Shown: positions 34,625-44,496 of the stretch, one piece after another
Layout: every line of letters starts with the position of its first letter
Position numbering within the stretch: position 1 is the first letter of the stretch
NCBI GenBank assembly: GCA_041746715.1
Contig: JBGTGN010000095.1
Coordinates: 12,685 to 76,684 of the forward strand
Source of the DNA: Pirellulales bacterium
GTDB lineage: Bacteria; Planctomycetota; Planctomycetia; Pirellulales; UBA1268
Direction: 5' to 3'
Length of the DNA stretch: 64,000 nucleotides
Translations under genes and position numbers: made by a program
The notes under the pieces: generated by a model
What the model was told of the DNA's origin: nothing
Seen by the model: the letters and a program-made list of their open reading frames with translations, nothing else
Databases searched by the model: none

Positions 34625-35218
34625 ATGAGTGACGCTTCATCCCACCAGGTTGATCAGCCCCGCATCGAGCGGGCGGTCCGCGAGATTCTTGCTGCCGTCG
34701 GGGAAGACCCTGAGCGTGAGGGACTCCTTGAAACACCGGCCCGCGTGGCGCGGATGTATATCGAGCTCTTCAGCGGTCTCGGGCAAGACCCACGCATCCA
34801 CCTCGGCAAGGCATTCGAGGAAAAGTACGACGAGATCGTGCTCGTTCGCGACATCGCTTTCGACAGTGTCTGCGAACACCATCTGCTGCCGTTCATGGGC
34901 CGGGCTCATGTAGGCTATCTGCCGAATGGGCGCGTGCTGGGCTTGAGCAAGCTTGCTCGCGTGGTCGAAACGCTCTCGCGGCGACCGCAGGTGCAGGAAC
35001 GGCTCACCGAGCAGATCGCGGCGCTCCTTGAGGAAGACCTCGGAGCGAAGGGTGTGGCCGTGGTCGTGGAAGCCACGCACACCTGCATGACGATTCGCGG
35101 CATCCGTAAGCCGGGCAGCATGTGTGTGACCTCGGCCATGAAAGGTATCTTTCGGGCGAATGTCTCGAGCCGGGCGGAAGTGATGTCGCTCATCTTCGGG
35201 CACCGGCCCGCCTGCTGA
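34625..35218 (+). CDS. folE: GTP cyclohydrolase I
   Basis: [10 protein letters not shown] and [19 protein letters not shown]. The upstream part of track ORF 33917.. overlaps the LON-domain gene and the repeat, and is not coding. Confidence 0.92.
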   Translation: MSDASSHQVDQPRIERAVREILAAVGEDPEREGLLETPARVARMYIELFSGLGQDPRIHLGKAFEEKYDEIVLVRDIAFDSVCEHHLLPFMGRAHVGYLPNGRVLGLSKLARVVETLSRRPQVQERLTEQIAALLEEDLGAKGVAVVVEATHTCMTIRGIRKPGSMCVTSAMKGIFRANVSSRAEVMSLIFGHRPAC

Positions 35219-35255
35219 GAAGGGCCAGGTCAGCCGGATCACTTCCGCCACATCC

Positions 35256-35996
35256 ATGAATCTTCTGCTCGACTTTCTGTGCCGGTTCGGCTGGGGCATG
35301 TCGGCTGGGCTTGTGCTGACCCCGTCCGCGATCGTGCCCGCTGGCTTCTTTCGCGTGAACCTCCTCGTGGTACTCGGGCTCGCGACCGCCGCGGCACTTG
35401 TGAGCCGGAGCCTTGAGAACACCGGGAGTGTCTGGGTGCCGGCCGCCGCCGCCGCGGTGGTGGCGTGGATCGGAAGCGTGGCCTGGCTCGCCGAGCGGAC
35501 GCGGGCTGGCCAGTGGGCCTGCGGCATTGCGTCGGTGCTCATGGCGGGCGCGACGATCTCGACGGCGACCATGAGCGGCAGCGAACGTGGCGGCCTGGCA
35601 TGGCTCGCTGGAGGATCGACGCTCGTGTCGGGCCTCGTTACCGGGCTCACCGTCCACGCGATGCTCCTCGGCCACTGGTACTTAAACGCCCCTGGCATGC
35701 GGGTCGATGCGCTTCGTCGGATGATTGATGTGGCGCTGGCGGCATGGGCCTTGGAGGTCTGCGCGTCGGTGTTTGAGCTCGTCGCTGGCCCGGCGTTTCC
35801 GACGGATTTGACCGCGACCGCGCTGCTTTCCCTGCGCTGGCTTGCTGGCCTCGTCGGCCTTCCGGTGCTCCTCGTCATGGCCCGCAAGACGCTCGACATC
35901 CCCAACACCCAGAGTGCGACGGGTATCCTGTATGTGGCCTGCCTGGCAGCGATCCTGGGGGAACTCACCTCCCAGCTCCTCCAGGCAGCAACATGA
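35256..35996 (+). CDS. multi-pass membrane protein, unknown function
   Basis: 6-7 hydrophobic helices. LLGHWYLNAPGM motif. Confidence 0.6.
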   Translation: MNLLLDFLCRFGWGMSAGLVLTPSAIVPAGFFRVNLLVVLGLATAAALVSRSLENTGSVWVPAAAAAVVAWIGSVAWLAERTRAGQWACGIASVLMAGATISTATMSGSERGGLAWLAGGSTLVSGLVTGLTVHAMLLGHWYLNAPGMRVDALRRMIDVALAAWALEVCASVFELVAGPAFPTDLTATALLSLRWLAGLVGLPVLLVMARKTLDIPNTQSATGILYVACLAAILGELTSQLLQAAT

Positions 35997-36544
35997 CGCT
36001 GAGCCCCTCAATGCGAATCACCTACGCCTGCCCGTCCTGCGACGCCACCGTCTCCCTCGCAGGGGTTGAGACGGCCCGGTCGCTCGCGTGCCCGCAGTGC
36101 GGCGGGGAGGTGATGGTGCCCGCTGATTCTGTTGTGTGGACAAACGCCGCTGGCGGCGTCGTTGAGCCAGGCGCCGGCGAGGCGGTGCTTCGGCGGTGCA
36201 TGGTCTGCCCGAGCACCGAGCTTTTTCTTCGGAAGGACTTTCCACAACGGCTCGGCGTTGCCATCGTGGTCGCGGGCTTCGCGGCGAGCTGCGTCACCTG
36301 GGCCTGGCAGATGCTCCTGCCCACGTTCGCGATCCTCTTTGCTACGGCGCTCGTCGATGTGGCCCTCTACCTCGTCATGCCCGAATGCCTCACCTGCTAC
36401 CGCTGTGCCGCGCGATACCGCGGCGCCGGCGGACCGCATGGGGGCTTCGACCTCGAGACCCACGAGCGGCATCGGCAGCAACGGATTCGCCTCGCGGAGG
36501 CTGTAAGCCATCGGGGCGGCGAGATCGCTTCCCCAACACCGTAG
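35993..36544 (+). CDS. zinc-ribbon membrane protein
   Basis: CPSCDATV...CPQCGGEV, CMVCPS and CLTCYRC motifs flank two TM helices. ATGA overlap with the upstream gene. Confidence 0.6.
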   Translation: MTLSPSMRITYACPSCDATVSLAGVETARSLACPQCGGEVMVPADSVVWTNAAGGVVEPGAGEAVLRRCMVCPSTELFLRKDFPQRLGVAIVVAGFAASCVTWAWQMLLPTFAILFATALVDVALYLVMPECLTCYRCAARYRGAGGPHGGFDLETHERHRQQRIRLAEAVSHRGGEIASPTP

Positions 36545-36563
36545 ACGCCCTGTCGCAGAGACC

Positions 36564-39563
36564 ATGGATTCCGATAAGGCACGCATCGAGGAAGACCTGC
36601 GGGGCGTTGTCTCGGGCGACGTGGTCTGCGACGACGTCGGTCGTTCGCTCTATGCGACAGACGGCAGCCTTTTTGAGGAATGGCCGCTGGCGGTCGTGCG
36701 GCCTCGCTCCACCGATGATGTCGTAGCCACGGTCCGCTGGGCCGCCGAACGGGGCGTGAGCATCCATCCCCGCGGCGCTGGCACGAGCATCTGCGGAGGC
36801 CCGTTGGGCCGGGGAATTGTGATTGACTGTTCACGATTTATGCGACGCATCTTGGGCGGGGTCGATAACACCGTACGCGTGCAGCCGGGCGTTCTCGGCA
36901 CGCAGCTCGATACGTTTCTCGGACGCCGCCGCCGCTGCCTCGGCCCCGATCCTTCCAATGCCGCGTCGAGCACGATTGGCGGCATGATCGGACGCGACGC
37001 GTCGGGAAGTCGGTTTCTTGCGCGTGGCTCGATGCGATCGCGGATTGTTTCGGCCGAAGTGGTGCTGGCCGATGGCGAGGCTGTTCACCTCACCACGATG
37101 GCTTCGGCCCCACCCCTCCCGGAGGCGTCCCTCAGCCATGGCATCACCGCCACCGCCATCAACCGCACCACGGCCCTGGCGACAGGCCTTTCGGCCATCC
37201 TCGAACGGCATCGCGACGTGATTGCCCGCGGGCAGCCCCCCTCGCGGGTTCGCCACGGCGGCTATCGGCTGCACGATCTCCATCAGAACGGGCTCATCCA
37301 TCTGCCGCGGCTCCTCTGCGGTGCCGAAGGCACGCTCGGCATCGTGACGGCAGCAACCTTCGAGACGATCCCAGTCGATTCGGCCACCGCCGTTGGGCTC
37401 TTGTTGTTTGACTCCCTCGAAGCAGCGGCCGCTGCGGCGCTGCGGCTGCTCACGCTCTCCCCGAGCGCCTGCGACCTCCTGGATCGTCGTCACCTCGCGC
37501 TCGCCCGTGGCACGCGACCAGCCTTTGATCTCCTGATTCCACCGGTCGCGGAGGCGGGCCTGCTGATCGAGTTCACCGCCGACGAGCCCGCCGATTGCAA
37601 TGCTCGTCTGGAGCAGGCGCTCGCATCAATGCCCCGAGGCCGACGTGGCTGCATCGACGTCCGTCGCGCGGAAGATGCCCACGACGCGGCCTTTTTCTGG
37701 GAGCTTTCGCGAAGTGTGATGTCAACACTCCACGGCGTACGAGCGGCCGTGCGACCGGTGCCCTTCATCGAAGACATCGTCGTGCCGCCGCCGGCGCTCC
37801 CCGATTTCCTACGACGGCTCCAGGCCGTGCTCCAGCGGCTCAATCACACGGCGATGATTTTCAGCCACGCGGGCCATGGCCAGCTCCATGTGAGGCCCCA
37901 TGCGGTGCCTCGCGACCCCGCGGAGCGGCCGCGGCTCGAAGCCCTCGCGGAAGCTGTGTACACGGAGGTGGTGGCCGTCGGAGGTTCGATCGGCGCGGAG
38001 CTCGGGCTCGGGTTGTCGCGAACACCGTTCTTCACGAGATTCTTTCCTGAGCTGTCAGCCGTCTTCGCAGAGGTGAAGCAGCTCTTCGACCCCGCTGGCA
38101 TTCTGAACCCCGGGCGGGTGGTGTCGGCCGACATCCCCGCAGCCGGATGGCTTCGTTCGCTCGAACCGGCCACTGCGGCGGTTACGGACAAAGATGGAGC
38201 TCAGCCCGCGCCCCAGATCGTGCCGTTGACGACCTGGAATCGCGACCGTCTTGCGGTGGAAGTCGATGCCTGCAACGGCTGCGGCGCCTGCCGGGGCGTC
38301 GCCGCCACCACGCGGATGTGCCCGAGATATCGTGAGAATCCCTCGGAGGAAGCCTCGCCCAGGGCCAAGGCCAATGTGATGGCGGCGCTTCTCTCCGGAA
38401 CGCTCGACCCGCGAACCATCTCCCGCGAGGCGGTGCGGGCCGTGGCTGACACCTGCTTCAACTGCCACCGCTGCCGGATCGACTGTGACGCCGGCATTGA
38501 CATCCCCGCGCTCGTCATGGAGCTCAAGGCCGCTCACTACGCCACCAACGCCACGAAGATGGTGCCGTGGCTTCTGTCGCGGATCGACTCGCTCTCGGCT
38601 GCCGCAGGCCGGGTGAAGTCGCTGTCGAACTGGGCTCTTGCCAACCCGCAGGCCCGATGGGTCATCGAAAAAACGCTTGGGATTGCTCGCGGCCGCAAGC
38701 TGCCGCTCGTGAGCGGCAATCAGGTGATGCGATGGGCCGCCCGTCGCGGCCTGACTCGCCCGTCACGACGCAGTGGGCCGCGGGTGCTTTATTTTCTCGA
38801 CACGTATGCGAGGCGGCACGACCCGCTTTTGGCTGAGTCGTTCGTGGCCGTGCTCGAACGCAACGGCATCGGCGTGTTCATCGATCCACGGCAGGTCGCC
38901 GCGGGGATGCCGATGGTCACCGAGGGCGACCTCGACGGGGCACGGAAGCTCGCTCGCACGAATCTCCGGGTTCTTGCGGAGGCTGTGAGGCTTGGCTATC
39001 GCATCGTGTGCACCGAGCCTGCGGCAGTGACCTGCATCACGCGGCACTATCCGCTCCTGATCGACGATGAAGAGTTGCCGCGCGTGGCAGCGGCAACGTG
39101 TGACGCGGCGAGCTATCTCTGGGAACTCCATCGCGAAGGGAAGCTGCGGCTCGACTTTCGGCCGGTTCCAGCCAAGATTCTTTATCACGCCGGCTGCCAT
39201 GAACGAGGCACCGGCGGCACCTCGCCTGCTGAAAACCTTCTGCGGCTCATCCCCGGTCTCGCCCTCGAAGCGGCCGACCACGGCTGCTCGGGCATGGCAG
39301 GCACGTTTGGGCTGGCGCGGGAGCACTACCGGGCAAGCCTTCGAATGGGTCTCGGCCTCGTGTCAGGGATGCGGGCAGCCGGCATCGAGGCTGGGTCGAC
39401 GGGCTGTAGTTCGTGTCGGATCCAGATGGAGCAGGGCACGACGAAGCCGACGGTCCATCCCGTCAAGATTTTGGCCAAGGCGTACGGCTTGCTCGACGGG
39501 CCGCCCCCCTTCGGGCTCGACACATTGTTCACCACAACAAGCGGCCGACTCACCACCACCTGA
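36564..39563 (+). CDS. YdiJ-like FAD-binding and Fe-S/CCG-domain oxidoreductase
   Basis: N-terminal FAD_binding_4-type region (IHPRGAGTS), two CxxCxxCxxxCP ferredoxin motifs, and C-terminal CCG-type cysteine motifs. 999 aa. Confidence 0.8.
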   Translation: MDSDKARIEEDLRGVVSGDVVCDDVGRSLYATDGSLFEEWPLAVVRPRSTDDVVATVRWAAERGVSIHPRGAGTSICGGPLGRGIVIDCSRFMRRILGGVDNTVRVQPGVLGTQLDTFLGRRRRCLGPDPSNAASSTIGGMIGRDASGSRFLARGSMRSRIVSAEVVLADGEAVHLTTMASAPPLPEASLSHGITATAINRTTALATGLSAILERHRDVIARGQPPSRVRHGGYRLHDLHQNGLIHLPRLLCGAEGTLGIVTAATFETIPVDSATAVGLLLFDSLEAAAAAALRLLTLSPSACDLLDRRHLALARGTRPAFDLLIPPVAEAGLLIEFTADEPADCNARLEQALASMPRGRRGCIDVRRAEDAHDAAFFWELSRSVMSTLHGVRAAVRPVPFIEDIVVPPPALPDFLRRLQAVLQRLNHTAMIFSHAGHGQLHVRPHAVPRDPAERPRLEALAEAVYTEVVAVGGSIGAELGLGLSRTPFFTRFFPELSAVFAEVKQLFDPAGILNPGRVVSADIPAAGWLRSLEPATAAVTDKDGAQPAPQIVPLTTWNRDRLAVEVDACNGCGACRGVAATTRMCPRYRENPSEEASPRAKANVMAALLSGTLDPRTISREAVRAVADTCFNCHRCRIDCDAGIDIPALVMELKAAHYATNATKMVPWLLSRIDSLSAAAGRVKSLSNWALANPQARWVIEKTLGIARGRKLPLVSGNQVMRWAARRGLTRPSRRSGPRVLYFLDTYARRHDPLLAESFVAVLERNGIGVFIDPRQVAAGMPMVTEGDLDGARKLARTNLRVLAEAVRLGYRIVCTEPAAVTCITRHYPLLIDDEELPRVAAATCDAASYLWELHREGKLRLDFRPVPAKILYHAGCHERGTGGTSPAENLLRLIPGLALEAADHGCSGMAGTFGLAREHYRASLRMGLGLVSGMRAAGIEAGSTGCSSCRIQMEQGTTKPTVHPVKILAKAYGLLDGPPPFGLDTLFTTTSGRLTTT

Positions 39564-39594
39564 GCGACAGGCTACCCAGCCGGGAGCGTTTTTG

Positions 39595-39852
39595 ATGCGC
39601 GACGATACACCAACCGTGCGAGTGACCATGTTTGCAGGGGTGGCCGAGGCAGTTGGCACACGGAGCGTGGACGTGCCGTGGAACGGCGGCACGGTCGTGG
39701 ATCTTCGCACAGCCATCACGACGATGTTTCCGGTGGCGGAACCTCTGCTCTCACGAAGCGCCTTCGCCCTTGGTGATCGTTACGCTGCGGCCGACGAGCG
39801 AGTTCCCGCGGGTGCCGACGTGGCCATCATCCCTCCGGTCAGCGGAGGATGA
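39595..39852 (+). CDS. moaD: molybdopterin synthase sulfur-carrier subunit
   Basis: 85 aa, ubiquitin-like, ends in IIPPVSGG. Confidence 0.85.
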   Translation: MRDDTPTVRVTMFAGVAEAVGTRSVDVPWNGGTVVDLRTAITTMFPVAEPLLSRSAFALGDRYAAADERVPAGADVAIIPPVSGG

Positions 39853-39858
39853 GCACGC

Positions 39859-40356
39859 ATGCCCCACGGGACCCTTGAAACGAGACTGAACCACCAGGAC
39901 GTCGCGCTTACTCGGGAGCCGATTGACGCGAAGGCGCTCCTGTCTGCGGTGACCGATGTGACCGCAGGAGGGAGCGTCCTCTTTGTGGGAAGCACACGGA
40001 GCCAGACCGCCGGTGCGATGACCACATGCCTCACCTACGAAGCCCACGAACCGCTGGCCCGCGCGGTCCTCGCGGCGCTCGTGGCCGAAGCCCGAGAGCG
40101 GTTCGCGCTTGTGGGCTGCGGCGTGGTGCATCGTCTCGGCGAGGTGGCCGCCGGCGAGGCGAGCATTGCCGTGGCCGCGAGTGCTCCGCATCGGAAGGAG
40201 GCCTTTGCAGCGACCGAGTGGCTCATGGACCGGATCAAGCGAGACGTGCCAATTTGGAAGTGTGAACACAGCCCTGACGGTAGCCGCACGTGGGTGCATG
40301 GCGACATGCCGCCCAACACCTCGGGCCGCGCGGCGGAGGTCATGACCCACCCATGA
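39859..40356 (+). CDS. moaE: molybdopterin synthase catalytic subunit
   Basis: HRLGEV..GE.SI.VA..APHRKEAF...WLMDRIKRDVPIWK. Confidence 0.88.
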   Translation: MPHGTLETRLNHQDVALTREPIDAKALLSAVTDVTAGGSVLFVGSTRSQTAGAMTTCLTYEAHEPLARAVLAALVAEARERFALVGCGVVHRLGEVAAGEASIAVAASAPHRKEAFAATEWLMDRIKRDVPIWKCEHSPDGSRTWVHGDMPPNTSGRAAEVMTHP

Positions 40357-41342
40357 GCACTCTCGTCGACGACTTTGGCCGTGTGCATACCGACCTCCGG
40401 ATCAGTGTGACGGATCGCTGCAACCTGCGATGTGGCTACTGCATGCCCGAGGAAGTCGTCTTTCGTCCGCGGGAGGAGTTGCTGACCTACGAGGAAATCA
40501 CCCGCGTCGCGCGAGTGGCGGCTCACCTCGGTATCCGCACGATCAGGCTGACCGGTGGTGAGCCACTGCTTCGACGAGACATCGCCGCACTCGTGCGGCT
40601 CCTCGTGAACGTGCCAGGCATCGACGAGGTGTCGCTCACTACCAACGGCATGGTGCTGGCCGAGCAGGCAGCGGACCTGCGGGCGGCGGGGCTTGCCCGG
40701 CTCAATGTCAGCCTCGATGCCCTGACACCAGAAACCTTCGAGGGAATCGCTCGGCGACGCGGTCTCGACCGCGTGCTCGCGGGCATCGCCGCAGCCCACG
40801 ACGCGGGCTTTGAATCAATTCGGATCAACGCTGTCTCGATTCGTGGCCTCACCGAAAATGAAATCGTGCCGCTGGCTCTTTTCTGTCGTCGTGAGGGCTT
40901 GTGTCTTCGGTTCATCGAGTTCATGCCGCTTGACGGAGACGGTGCCTGGGAGGGCGATCGTGTGCTTTCGGGCGAGGATGTGCGTGGCATCCTCGTTCGC
41001 GAGGTTGGCCCACTCGAGCCGCTTCCCGTGGTCGATCCCGGTCAGCCGGCGGTCGATTGGCGGTGGGCCGACGGCGAGGGAATGGTCGGGTTTATCAATC
41101 CAGTGACGGAGCCGTTTTGCGACCGCTGTGATCGGCTGCGGCTCACGGCCGACGGGCAGTTTCGCAACTGCCTTTTTGCAACCACGGAGTGGGATGTGCG
41201 ACGCGTACTTCGCGGTGATGGCGACGACGACGCGATCGTCTCCCTGTTGCTAGCCTGTGTTGCAGCCAAACGGGCGGCCCACGGGATCGGGTCGCCTGCC
41301 TTCGAGCGGCCTGCCCGCGCGATGTATCAGATCGGGGGGTGA
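40353..41342 (+). CDS. moaA: GTP 3',8-cyclase (radical SAM)
   Basis: CNLRCGYCMPEE radical-SAM cluster and C-terminal CDRCDRLRLTADG. ATGA overlap with moaE. Confidence 0.92.
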   Translation: MSTLVDDFGRVHTDLRISVTDRCNLRCGYCMPEEVVFRPREELLTYEEITRVARVAAHLGIRTIRLTGGEPLLRRDIAALVRLLVNVPGIDEVSLTTNGMVLAEQAADLRAAGLARLNVSLDALTPETFEGIARRRGLDRVLAGIAAAHDAGFESIRINAVSIRGLTENEIVPLALFCRREGLCLRFIEFMPLDGDGAWEGDRVLSGEDVRGILVREVGPLEPLPVVDPGQPAVDWRWADGEGMVGFINPVTEPFCDRCDRLRLTADGQFRNCLFATTEWDVRRVLRGDGDDDAIVSLLLACVAAKRAAHGIGSPAFERPARAMYQIGG

Positions 41343-41345
41343 TCT

Positions 41346-42491
41346 GTGGGGCTTCCTCGCCGGTATCTCGACAACGCCGCCACCACATGGCCCAAGCCCC
41401 CCGAGGTTTTTGCGGCGTGGCAGCATGCCGCTGTGGAGATCGGCGCCACGGCTGGGCGAGGCACGTACCGCGAAGCAGTCGAAGCGTCGGCGATCAGGGC
41501 GCGGGCCCGCGCCGCTGTGGCGAGGCTTCTTGGAGGCGTTGATCCTGAGCGAGTGGCTCTGCCCTCGGGCTGCACGCTCGCCCTCAACACCGCGATTCAA
41601 GGACTCGTGCGACCGGGCGATCATGTCATAGCCACGGTCGCCGACCACAACGCCACGCTTCGGCCGCTCCATGCGCTTGCGGCTCGCGGCGTCATCACAT
41701 GGTCCGTCGTGCCCTGCGATGGCACCGGCTTGGTTGATCCTGCGGCCATCGCAGACGCCTGGATGCCAGCCACGCGACTGGTCGTCTTCTCGCATGCCTC
41801 GAATGTGACCGGGGCCATCCAGGATGCGGCTGCGATTGCCGCCATTGCCCACGACCGCGGGGGCATCGTTTTGCTCGACGCATCACAGACACTCGGCCAG
41901 GTGCCATACGATGCCCCGGCGTGGTCTGCCGACATCGTCGCCGCGCCGGCTCATAAGTGGCTTCTTGGCACAGGTGGCGCGGCGATCCTCTGGGCCCGCG
42001 AGGGCATCGAGCCTGAGCCACTCGTGCTCGGGGGCACGGGCTCGGCAAGTGACTCCCTCGCCATGCCGGATGCGTTTGCAGACCGCATGGAGGCTGGGTC
42101 ACCCGACGTGCCGGCGGCGGCGGCGCTGGCCGCAGCGATTGAATGGCTCGAAAAGCAGCCAATCGCAGCCCTGGGTGATCGCTGTCGGCAGGTGGCCGAC
42201 GCATGTGCCGCTGAGCTTGCGTCGATCCCTGGGGTGCGGGTCGTGGGTGGGCGACGCGGACCGCCGATTGTGAGCTTTGTGGTCGAAGGCTATGATCCCG
42301 CCGATATCGCCGCGATACTCGAGGCGAGTGCAGGTGTGCAAGTGAGATCTGGATTTCACTGCGCGGCCGGCATCCACGAGCAGCTCGGCACTCGGAACGG
42401 TGGCACCGTGCGGGCAAGCTTTGGCCCGTTCAATGATGAGAGCGACGCCGATGCCTTTGTGCGGGGTGTCGCGGCAATGGCAACGGGCTGA
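41346..42491 (+). CDS. class-V aminotransferase / cysteine desulfurase-like
   Basis: YLDNAATTWP N-terminus, SHASNVTG, and the PLP-Lys context AAPAHKWL. Confidence 0.8.
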   Translation: MGLPRRYLDNAATTWPKPPEVFAAWQHAAVEIGATAGRGTYREAVEASAIRARARAAVARLLGGVDPERVALPSGCTLALNTAIQGLVRPGDHVIATVADHNATLRPLHALAARGVITWSVVPCDGTGLVDPAAIADAWMPATRLVVFSHASNVTGAIQDAAAIAAIAHDRGGIVLLDASQTLGQVPYDAPAWSADIVAAPAHKWLLGTGGAAILWAREGIEPEPLVLGGTGSASDSLAMPDAFADRMEAGSPDVPAAAALAAAIEWLEKQPIAALGDRCRQVADACAAELASIPGVRVVGGRRGPPIVSFVVEGYDPADIAAILEASAGVQVRSGFHCAAGIHEQLGTRNGGTVRASFGPFNDESDADAFVRGVAAMATG

Positions 42492-42522
42492 CGAGGCGAC
42501 AAAATCGAAGAGGAGTTGGATC

Positions 42523-42948
42523 ATGGCGGGCATTCCGAAGAACACGTGGTACGCCGATGGCCTGCGATTCGCGTGTACGCAGTGTGGCGACTGCTGCACG
42601 GGCGCCGAAGGCTATGTGTGGGTCAATCAGGCTGAGATCGACGCAATGGCCGCCCGGCTCGACATGACCCCGGCCGACTTCGAGGCCGCGCATGTCTACC
42701 GTGTGGGTATCCGTCGCTCGCTCAAAGAGCGAAAGAACGGCGACTGCGTCCTGCTCGATCCCAAGACCAAGAAATGCACCACCTATCTCGAACGTCCAAG
42801 GCAGTGCCGCACATGGCCGTTTTGGGACTCCAACCTCCGCTCACCGCAGGCATGGGCTGACGCCGCCGAGCACTGCCCCGGCTGCAACAAGGGCAACCTC
42901 GTGCCCCTCGAACGCATCATCGAGCAGGCGTCGCAAATCCGGGTGTGA
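42523..42948 (+). CDS. YkgJ-family (UPF0153) cysteine-cluster protein
   Basis: CTQCGDCC...C..L......C..Y..RP..C pattern. Confidence 0.75.
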   Translation: MAGIPKNTWYADGLRFACTQCGDCCTGAEGYVWVNQAEIDAMAARLDMTPADFEAAHVYRVGIRRSLKERKNGDCVLLDPKTKKCTTYLERPRQCRTWPFWDSNLRSPQAWADAAEHCPGCNKGNLVPLERIIEQASQIRV

Positions 42949-43063
42949 CGATGGTTGCTTGATGTCGCGTCGTGCGGTGCCCCGCGCACTGTCGCTCGAC
43001 TCACCAAGCCGAGCCAGGCTGCGCTGACGTCGGTTCCCGTGTTTCAGGAATCGACGCGTTGCG

Positions 43064-43207
43064 GTGGCTCGGGGTTGCCCGTGCCACATCGCCGGACGCT
43101 TCCTTCGGGCATCCTGCCCTTCGGTCGCTCGGTGTAGCCTTCGCTTCGCCATCCTGGCTGCGCTCAGCCTACAACGCCGGCTCCGTGGCACGGGCAACCC
43201 CTCGCGG
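43064..43207. repeat. palindromic repeat family, copy C (full length, best consensus)
   Basis: Left end gtggctcggggttgcccgtgccacatcgccggacgc; right end cgccggctccgtggcacgggcaacccctcgcgg. Confidence 0.85.
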
Positions 43208-43440
43208 ATGGCGCGAGCACCGAGGCACGAAGCAACCACAACCGTGAGCTCCGCGCAGCGAATCCGGAAGCGCCCCATCTGTTCAGGCGAGCCATGCCGA
43301 CTTGCCCACAGCGAATCCGCGAGCGCCCCGTCTGTTCAGGCGAACCACACCGCAGCGCGCCCGGAATCGGGAGCCTGGATGGCTCCCGGCCGCCCGGAGG
43401 GGCGGCAAGGCCTCGGGGCCATGGATGGCCCGAGGCCGCT
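43208..43440. repeat. repeat tail module: 35-nt imperfect tandem pair plus three GC-rich hairpins
   Basis: cagcgaatccg..agcgcccc.tctgttcaggcga at 43256-43290 and 43309-43343. Hairpins gggagcc/ggctccc, gccgccc/gggcggc and ggcctcggg/cccgaggcc. Confidence 0.6.
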
Positions 43441-43442
43441 AC

Positions 43443-43661
43443 CTACAGTATCCCGCCGTGGGTTCGCCACGGGGTCATGTGTGAGGGCTGGTCGAGGAAC
43501 CAGATGCGTTCCCACTCGTCGCTGAGCGCTCGAAGATCTTCCGACGTGTAGATGAGCTCTTGGGCCCGACGAAGCGGGTCGCCTGAGTACATCGGGATGA
43601 GGCAGCCCGTGGATGTCGCCACGAGGGTCACCGCACACAGCAGCCACACTGCCTTCCTCAT
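43443..43661 (-). CDS. small lipoprotein
   Basis: Signal peptide with lipobox-like TSTGC. Confidence 0.5.
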   Translation of the reverse strand: MRKAVWLLCAVTLVATSTGCLIPMYSGDPLRRAQELIYTSEDLRALSDEWERIWFLDQPSHMTPWRTHGGIL

Positions 43662-43836
43662 CGCCTGGTCCTCCTGACCCGTGATCGTGATTTGCTTGCG
43701 TTGTCAGTCACGTCGCGAACTGCGGATCCAACCGCTCGTCTCGGACGTGGAAATATCAGAAACCCGGAGTTGGCCGCGAGAGGAGGTTGGCCGAAGGCAG
43801 GGCGCATGGGCTTGCCTGGCTTTCCTCGCCTTCGCG

Positions 43837-44214
43837 TCACTCCCCGACTGTCTCCCCGCTCCCCGACGTGTCGGGGGGCGGGGGGGCTTCCGGGGTCGCC
43901 TTCGCCGTCCTAGCGGCCTTTTTCTTGGCCGCCTGTGAAAACTCTCTGACCCTTGCCTCCATCTCCTTGCCCGGTTTGAACGTCACCACGCTTCTTGCCC
44001 GCACCATGACCGCCTCGCCAGTTCGCGGGTTGCGGGCCTGGCGGGCCTCACGGTGTTTGATCTGGAACACGCCGAAATTCCTCAGTTCAATCCGGCCTTC
44101 GCGAACCAGCGCGTCGATCAGGGCCTCGAACGTCTGCTGGACAAGCTTGTGCGTATGAACCTGGGGCAGATCGATCTGCTCCGAAATCGACCGAACGATG
44201 TCTTTTTTGGTCAC
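43837..44214 (-). CDS. HU/IHF-family DNA-binding protein with Lys/Ala/Pro-rich C-terminal tail
   Basis: ELRNFGVFQIKHREARQARNPRTGEAVMVRARSVVTFKPGKEM. Confidence 0.88.
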   Translation of the reverse strand: MTKKDIVRSISEQIDLPQVHTHKLVQQTFEALIDALVREGRIELRNFGVFQIKHREARQARNPRTGEAVMVRARSVVTFKPGKEMEARVREFSQAAKKKAARTAKATPEAPPPPDTSGSGETVGE

Positions 44215-44496
44215 GGCTTGGCGGCTCCGACCACGAACGATCAGCCAATCTCCCGGTGGGGAAGTGGGCGTGACGAGGGGCCTGAAAACGACCGAAGCCT
44301 AGGTCTGGCAAGCACTAGTGTCAACCAACTGCCCCTGTGGCAGGCGGTGCACGAGTACCGTTCCAGAGGATGGTATCGACCTCCCATCCGGCAAACTTGA
44401 TGCGATCGGTACGACCGGCTCCTGGGTGGCTTGGGGGCTTTGGAAAAGCCACTACACTCCAGTCGGGTTCGCCCTCACCAAGACTCGATTCGCCTC

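Noticed and set aside
39564-39594. Moco riboswitch upstream of moaD.
   Set aside because: The intergenic gap is only 31 nt, far too short for the ~130-nt Moco RNA motif.
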